Source of the DNA: Scyliorhinus canicula
Taxonomy: Eukaryota
Direction: 5' to 3'
DNA: 64,000 nt
Assembly: GCF_902713615.1 (NCBI RefSeq)
Contig: NC_052163.1
Span: forward strand, 37,334,248-37,398,247
Within the stretch, counting starts at the first letter, position 1, and each line of letters starts with the position of its first letter. The translations under genes were made by a program, and so were the position numbers. The notes under the pieces are model-generated. The model had not been told where the DNA came from. It made no database searches and worked only from the letters and a program-made list of their open reading frames with translations. Shown piece by piece: positions 56,886 to 64,000 of the stretch.

Positions 56886-58760
56886 GTTGATCAAGGACTT
56901 TACTACACAAGCACGGAGGAATAATCACTCCGATTCCCCGCAATAAAACTCCATTCTGAATTGTCAATTCAGGTCTTTGTGTGATGTGTGGCATGAGGTC
57001 TGGATTTTTCCATTGAGCGTCTGAGAGCTTTTTTTTTTGGACCACATCCATCACCTTCCCAATCACTGGATCAGTTCTTGTATACCTCTGTATTTGAGAT
57101 GAAGTCACATATACATTATCCACGAGTACGAAATACAGGATGTTGATGAAATGTTCTTCAGAGTCATGCTTGACTTGAAATGGCAATCTGGACAAAGCAT
57201 CAACATTTGCATGTTGCTCTGAATTGCAATATTGGATATCGTATGTGTGTGCCCATGATATTAAAGACTATCTCCGTAACCTTATAGCTGCTAAAGAAGG
57301 AATAACTTTATCTGGCCCAAATGTCAAGGGTCAATGATCCATCAAAAGAGTCAAGTGACATCTATAAAGGGAATGATGGAACCATCTTACCCCAAACATT
57401 ATGCTCAAAACCTCTCTTTCGAGCTGAATGTAATTAATTTCTGCGATAGTAAGAGTTTGTGAAGCAAACACTGTCGGTCGCTCCTCTACTTAAAACATTA
57501 TACATGAGACAACTGCACCAACCCCATAGCATGACGCATCGCAAACAAGTTGTAACTGGAGCTTGGGATAGTAATGAATCAACAGATCTGACTTCTCATA
57601 GGCATCTTTTCCTACATTGTATGCATTTTCACATTCTTCAGTGCCATACCTATTGGGCACATAGCCAAGTGTATGAAGGCTGCAATCGTGTCGGTAATTT
57701 TGGCAAGACTTTACCATAATAATTGATTAATCCTAAAAGCGACTTAAGTTGTGTCACTTCTTAAGGTTGTTTTAATTTTCTTTGGCTATTTGTGTAAGCC
57801 ATCTTTCTCGATGATGTGGCCAAGATAATTTATAGATGTTGTGAAAAAGTTGCACTTTTTCTTTTTTACTCAATGATTATGGTTTTGCAGACATTTCAGA
57901 GTAGCTTTCAAATTTTTTCAAGTGATCCTGTTCACTCGAACTGGTGATGAGAATGTCATCTAAGTAACATTTTTCCCACTTAGAATTTGATCCATTGACT
58001 TCTGAAAAAGAGCAGGAGCAGATATTATTCCAAAGGGACGTCTTCTGTAACGAAACAGACCTTGTACGCCATGAGAGTGAGGAGCGGCTGTGATTTTACT
58101 GCCACATTAATTTGTAAATACGCCTCTGAAAAACTAATTTTACTGAATTTCTATCCTCCAGATAGTCCAGCAAACAAATCTTCAATCAGAGGCAGTGGAT
58201 AGTGATCTGCACACAATACCGGGGAAAATAGTTGATTTATAATGTCCATATATTCTCATTGAGCCATCACATTTCAGTACAGGAACTATTGGTATTGCCC
58301 ATTCTCTTGCAGAAACTGATTTGATTACTCCTGTTTGATTCTTTGATTCTCTGCTTGGTTCTTATTTGACTTTTGGCCTAATGGTGTATGGTGCAGCTCT
58401 AGCTTTGAGATATTTTAGTGTACTGTTTGGCTTGATCTTTAAATGCACTTAGTTCCTGCCATGGAGCCTAGTGAATCTTCAAACACCTTCTAATACTTTT
58501 CCAGGAGGTGTACATTGTTCTTGAACTCCACTAGTTGATTTACTGATTCACAGTTGAATTTATGCTTTGTAAACCATGCTCTACGAAATAAAGCAGGAAA
58601 ATTTCCATGGCTACTGTGAAGAGACGACTCCACTACGTCTATAGACATCTTTTTCACCATAATGCATCCTTTTAAGATATGACATCTTCAGTGTACTTAA
58701 AATCACATTTGATCGTTTAAAGGCAAATGCTTCAATTTTGATTAAAGATTCTCTCAGGGA

Positions 58761-58985
58761 GGGCAGCAGGGTTGCACAGTGGCTAGCACTGCTGCCTCAC
58801 GGCACCGAGGACCCAAGTTCAATCCGGCTCTGGGTCATTGTCCTTGTGGAGCTTGCACATTCTCCCCGTGTTTACATAGGTTTCGCCCCCACAACCCAAA
58901 GATGTTCAGGTTAGGTGGATTGGCCACGCTACATTGTTCCTTGATTGGAAAAAATGAATTGGGTACTCTAAATTTATTTGTAAAA
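58761..58985 (+). mobile_element. tRNA-derived SINE with target duplication of about 15 bp
   Basis: gggcagcagggttgcacagtgg head; flanks aaagattctctcagg / aaagatttctctcagg. Confidence 0.85.
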
Positions 58986-60189
58986 AGATTTCTCTCAGGT
59001 ATACGAAACAACTGAGTCCTTTTCCATCTTAAATTGATGACCATTACATTTTGGATTTGTCAACACCAACAAGACACCTAGTTGCTTGGGTATGTCATCT
59101 TCTGCATGGTCTTGGACTTGATCTATTAATTTATAGGCAAGACCAGTCTGTTTAGATGTGTTTTCTTTCTTGCATATCCTTGGTGTAAATGAAAGTTTCT
59201 GAGCCCAACATGCATTGACAATCTGACCCTTTTTGCCACAATTCTTGCACTTATTTTCTATACTCTAGCATTCGCCCGCCGAGTGTCCAACTGAAGTACA
59301 TTAGTGACATGGTTGTCCCCTTTCAGCCTTGTTTCTTGTGGTATCCATTTTGTGGATATTCAATCTAGGTCATATCTGTGAAGCTTCTTTCATTGCTAGC
59401 TCCATATATGTGGCAACCTCCACAGATGCTTTGAGAGCTAAATCACTAACAGTCAGTAGCTCCCCCTGAATATCTGCACTGTGAGTCCGCAAACCAGCCT
59501 ATCATGAAGCATATCATCATGTGCTGCACCAAATTCACAGTATTTTGCTAACCTTGTAAAGTCGCTGTGAATTGTAAGATGCTTTCACATTCTTCCTGAC
59601 TACGGTGGTGAAAATGAAACCTTACTGCAATCAATAACAGTCTAGATGAGAAATTCCCTTCTAAAATTTTCATTATTGCAAGATAGGCCTTATCTCCCAG
59701 TTTCGCTGGATGAACTAAATTTTGCAGCAGCATACAGGTTTTATGTCCTACCGAACTGAGGAAGATTGCAACCTTTAGGTCCTCTGGTATCTGATTCGCT
59801 ATAAGATATAATTGGAATATTTCCTCATAGGGGTTCTAAATCTGACAGTCTTTATCAATTGCACCAATGGTGCCCGTTATTCCTGCCATTTCGGATCACA
59901 ACTCTTTGTGTCAATATTTCAGCCAACCTTCTCCCTTCCAATTCTTTTGGATGTCTGGCACATATGGTCCCCTTAGCCACACAGTCACTGAGATTTATTT
60001 CCTTTATGCTTTACTGTGGGTTGGCTTTTTCCTGAGTAGTGGTCTGTACAGAGTTGAAGAGTTCTAAATCCCCGTTCCCGCAGCCTGTTTAATTTTGCCA
60101 CGTACGCAGTCTCTGCAAACAAGACTCTATCCCTTTAACGCAAGCAAATTTTCAAAGCGAAGATTAGTGTTGAAGATTGAGGCAAGAAA

Positions 60190-60680
60190 ACCATAAGACA
60201 TGGAAGAAGAATTAGGCCACTCAGGCCATTGAGTCTGCTCTGCCATTCAATCATGGTTGATATTTTTCTCAACCCCATTCTCCTGCCTTCTCCCCATAAC
60301 ACCTGATCCTCTTATTAATCAATCCTTAAAGACACTCAGTGATTTTGTCTCCACAGCCTTCTGCAGCAAAAGGGTTCCACAGATTCACCATCCTCTGGCT
60401 GACGAAATTCCTCTTCATCTCTGTGATCACTGGAATGAACAGTTTGTCATATGAGGAGCGGTTGAGGACTCTGGGTCTGTACTCGTTGGAGTTTAGAAGG
60501 ATGAGTGGGGATCTTATTGAAACTTAAAGGATACTGCGAGGTCTGGATAGAGTGGATGTGAAGAGGATGTTTCCACTAGTGGGAAAAACAAGAACCAGAC
60601 CTCAGACTGAAGGGATGATCCTTTAAAACAGAGATGAGTAGGAATTTCTTCAGATGGTGAGTCTGTGGGACTCTTTGCCG
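60190..60680. mobile_element. CR1 3' fragments (minus-strand tail and plus-strand RT end)
   Basis: YEERLRTLGLYSLEFRRM at about 60450; inverted CR1 tail at 60190-60420. Confidence 0.7.
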
Positions 60681-61089
60681 CAAATCACTGGGTACTATCG
60701 CTCCTGAGTATTCTGCTCAAAAATAAATTAGACATACATAGTTTTCTGAACATGCCTACATGGTTACACTGTGGTCTCCACCAATGCCTATGTTACAATC
60801 TGAACAAATGACATAGTGGCATGAAACACATGCCACAGATTCCAGATAACACAGGATCCTTTCTGTACATGGTAAACATGACCTTATCTTAACTACCCAC
60901 CTGGGAGCCAATCTAACAATGCATCAAATTGTCAGCCTATATCTGATACTAAAATCTGCAGTAGCAAAGCACGCCCTTCATTCCGGGGTGGTGGGGGTTC
61001 ACAGCATAAATCACTAAATAGCAGTGGGGTGGGGGGGGGGGGGGGGGTGGTCACAACATAAATCACTAATTATCAGTGTTAAAAGAAGA

Positions 61090-61600
61090 GACTATTCATA
61101 GCAACATAAATCTCTACAGTGCAGAAGGAGGCTATTTGGTCCATCAAGCCTCCATAGGAGCATTCCAGCCCCCTCCCTGGACCATGCCCCAGTCCTATCC
61201 CCATAACCACACCTAACCTTTCTTTTGGACACTAAGAGACAATTTAGCATGGCCATTCCACCTAACCTGCACATCTTTGGACTGTGGGAGGAAACTGGAG
61301 CACCCGGAGGAAACCCACGGAGACACGGGGAGAAAGTACAAACTCCACACAGTCACCGGATGCTTGAATTGTACCCAGGGTGCTGTGAGGCAGCAGTGCT
61401 AACCAATGTGCCACCACATATTTTATTATATAGTTTCTTGCATAAAACTGTTTCTTCCACATTCTTTTAAAAAAAAAAAATTTAGAGTACGCAATTATTT
61501 TTTTTCCCAGTTAAGGAGCAATTTAGCATGGCCAATCCACCTAACCCGCACATCTTGGGGTTGTGGGGGTGAAGCTCACACAGACATGGGGAGAATGTGT
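61090..61600 (-). mobile_element. Two tRNA-derived SINE copies (61090-61417 and a partial copy at 61462-61600)
   Basis: gtggtggcacattggttagcactgctgcctcacagc head and shared body. Confidence 0.8.
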
Positions 61601-63203
61601 TATACATTCTTAAATCGTGCTAATAGAGCTTCAAATTGCACAATGGAATACTATATGCAAATAGATCATTGCTTTTTGATTTCATTTCAATTGTTTAAAC
61701 TAGTTACATTAATATTACTGTTAGAATATCGGGGGAGGAAGTTCACGGAAATGCAATCAGTCTGTACCCCACCGTGATATTTCTAAGTCATAAACATTTA
61801 ATTTCAGCTGGTAACTCTTACCTAACATATTTATAGTGGTAACTTGCACTTTTGCACTGAGAACAGATATTGGAAATCTACTTATTTATTGGAGCCTCAC
61901 ATTTTTAAATAGTTTTCAGTAGAAAGAAGAGCTTTTTTCCAAGCATGTTAAGGGAGCATGGAGGGCTACAAGGAATTTGGGCCCCTTAAAGAGAGATGTA
62001 GATATTATTGTGAACAAAAATCAGGAAATGGCAGACTTCTTAACTATTTCCTTTGTACTGATCTCCACATGAGAGGAAGAAGATAAAGTCTTAGTTGTAG
62101 GAGAAAAACTAAAGATAAATCAGTGGGAGGAACTTTGTGAGATTGCCCCGCATCCCTAATCACTTTGGATTATCAGAATCTATCAATCTCAATTTAAAGG
62201 GTACAATTAAAGGGTACAATTAATCTAACATCAATAACCATTTGCAGAAGATAGTTCAAAACTTCATCACTCATTCTACAATTGCACTCACTCTACGGTC
62301 AGATTCAAGATTTTAAAATTGAGATTCGTAGATTTTTTTAGTCAATTATATTGAGGGTTATCGAACTTTTATGATCAGGTGAGGTGGGATCAAATAGCCC
62401 CCCTCTTTTCTATTTGCTCAATTGATCAAAAAATACTTTTTTTGTCTTGAAAAGAATATCCTTACTGTTTAGTGAGTACCTAACTGTGACAACTTACATG
62501 CTGTGATTATAAAATATACAATCGGACAGCATTCATATTTTTAACAAAGATGTAGGTTATCTTTATTTTCCCAAAATGAAGTAAAATAACTCACAGATGC
62601 TTCAACTTTTACACAGATACACAAGAAGGTAACACATGCACGCCAATACCGCACAAGTTGGGAAGGATAGGTTGGTCAAATTGGAGTCCATAAAAATAAA
62701 AGGAATATAGAGTCTGGAGTTTGGTGATTTGGCTGGCTTAATGCTGAATGTGGCAGCCTTCTGACTTTATTTTGGTGGCCCCAATGATTCTGATTTAAAG
62801 ATGCAGCGGCTGATATTCCTGGATATGATTGTGCTGTGTTGAATTCTTTTAAACAGGTTCTGTCTGCAGCAGGGGCATCCCTGTAAGGTTGTTGTCAATA
62901 AGCAGGACTCAAAGCTTGCCAGGAGGGAAAGGGAGGGAGGGATGGAAGAGGGAACCTACTTGGGTCTCTCAGCATCTCAGCTGCTGTCCCTGTTACTGCA
63001 GAGAAAGCAGAAATGTAAAATACATAAAGGGTGGGCTTATCACATGACCATCGCCCAATAATTCAAATATGGTCACCACGAGTGTATTCCCCTTGCAACC
63101 CTAATCAGTTAATGTCTGGGAATCACCCCATCTCAGTTAGGATCCTATTACTTAAGTAATTGAGTTTAAGGTATTCCAATTATAACTTGATGTGTTCTTG
63201 AAT

Positions 63204-63292
63204 GGGGATCTCCCTCTCGGTTGGAATTCCATTATCCAAGCAATTAGGCTTAATGGCTTGTCTCCACCAGTTGAATATTCCAGGGGGTTTCC
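63204..63292. promoter_or_regulatory. Cluster of NF-kB-like sites, possibly upstream of gene 3 exon 1
   Basis: GGGGATCTCCC 63204, GGAATTCC 63223, GGGGGTTTCC 63283; minus-strand donor gcatct|gtgagt at 62595/62594. Confidence 0.35.
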
Positions 63293-64000
63293 TTGATGCT
63301 CGGTAATGGGGACAAGATATTTACTTTTCTCATATTACCCACGTCATTATTTTGAATGGATCTTGGCAGACCTACTGTATCCATCCCATTATTTTGCACT
63401 TCGAATGTACCGTGATGTAAATTAGGGTAGCCATCTTTAGCTGTAAGTGCAAGTCATTTTTAGTTCTTGTGTCTATAAAATCAGATTTTAAAATTTCAAT
63501 TCATGTTTCCAACAGTGGGTTAATTGACACAATGCACATTATCAGGAAGGTACCCTGGTAAATTATAACAGGTTAAATCAAGACATGGGTCAGTCCTGAT
63601 TTAATGAAATGGGAGAACAGGCTTCAGAAGCCAAATCATCTTACTTGTATTCCAATTTTCTAAAGGACTGCAACAGTTAAAGAAAACATGATCGAACAGC
63701 TTCCCACCAAATTAGTTTTAACCAACTATTGGCTCTAATAGTCCCCCAACCCTTTAGTCTTAGTGTACTGTGCTTGCCTGGGCTCAAGATATGGTTATCT
63801 GGTCTCTTGCCGACACCTAGAATGGGCCAGGTCTGGTATGGCTGGAGACAGACAATCACCAATAGTCCAGGATGATGAGGAGAGATGGGAGATCATGGGC
63901 AGGATTCACCGCAATCGCCGATCGGGTGAATAATTCCTTCTGACGCAAGAATCAGGGGCAGCGCCTGTTTGACGCAGGTTTTTTATCCTCCCCCTCTCCG

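Larger units (their letters stand above)
53790..60100 (-). mobile_element. Old degenerate Ty3/Gypsy element with nested insertions
   Basis: gag remnant (59550-59750), protease/RT remnants, RNase H LVCDASCYGVG (about 57500), integrase remnants (55300-57100), purine tract near 53800. LTRs could not be paired. Confidence 0.75.

Noticed and set aside
61029-61048. Long G runs (here, 1612-1633 and 44404-44413) as G-quadruplex elements
   Set aside because: Simple homopolymers that are common in this repeat context and prone to sequencing length error.

Overview
This 64-kb window is repeat-rich vertebrate genomic DNA. The repeat landscape (CR1-type LINEs with a zinc-finger/esterase ORF1, tRNA-derived SINEs, Harbinger-type elements) suggests a cartilaginous fish; that is an inference. 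The main host content is a minus-strand tandem cluster of three B7-family immunoglobulin-superfamily genes. I reconstructed them by hand from GT/AG sites and phase-1 exon junctions. Gene 1 shows its leader and IgV exons (591-1052) and continues off the left edge. Gene 2 (about 27.4-32.9 kb) is leader-IgV-IgC-TM-short tail, about 284 aa. Gene 3 (about 47.6-52.8 kb) has the same layout, about 272-286 aa. Their IgC domains carry the C-x3-GYP-x-A-x3-W spacing of PD-L1/PD-L2. All three V domains have lost the canonical F-strand Cys and share a new A-strand Cys (C-x15-C). Around the genes are candidate IFN/STAT/NF-kB regulatory clusters, a perfect 41-bp inverted repeat covering the gene 1 leader-exon splice donor, and possible routes to soluble isoforms. 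The rest is transposon-derived: nested CR1 LINEs (one with an intact ORF2), two Gypsy elements with recognisable LTRs, one degenerate Gypsy, two solo LTRs, Rex/Babar-, L1/Tx1- and L2-like fragments, Harbinger remnants and MITEs, and many SINEs. Exon calls lack transcript support, and orthology cannot be fixed without searches.
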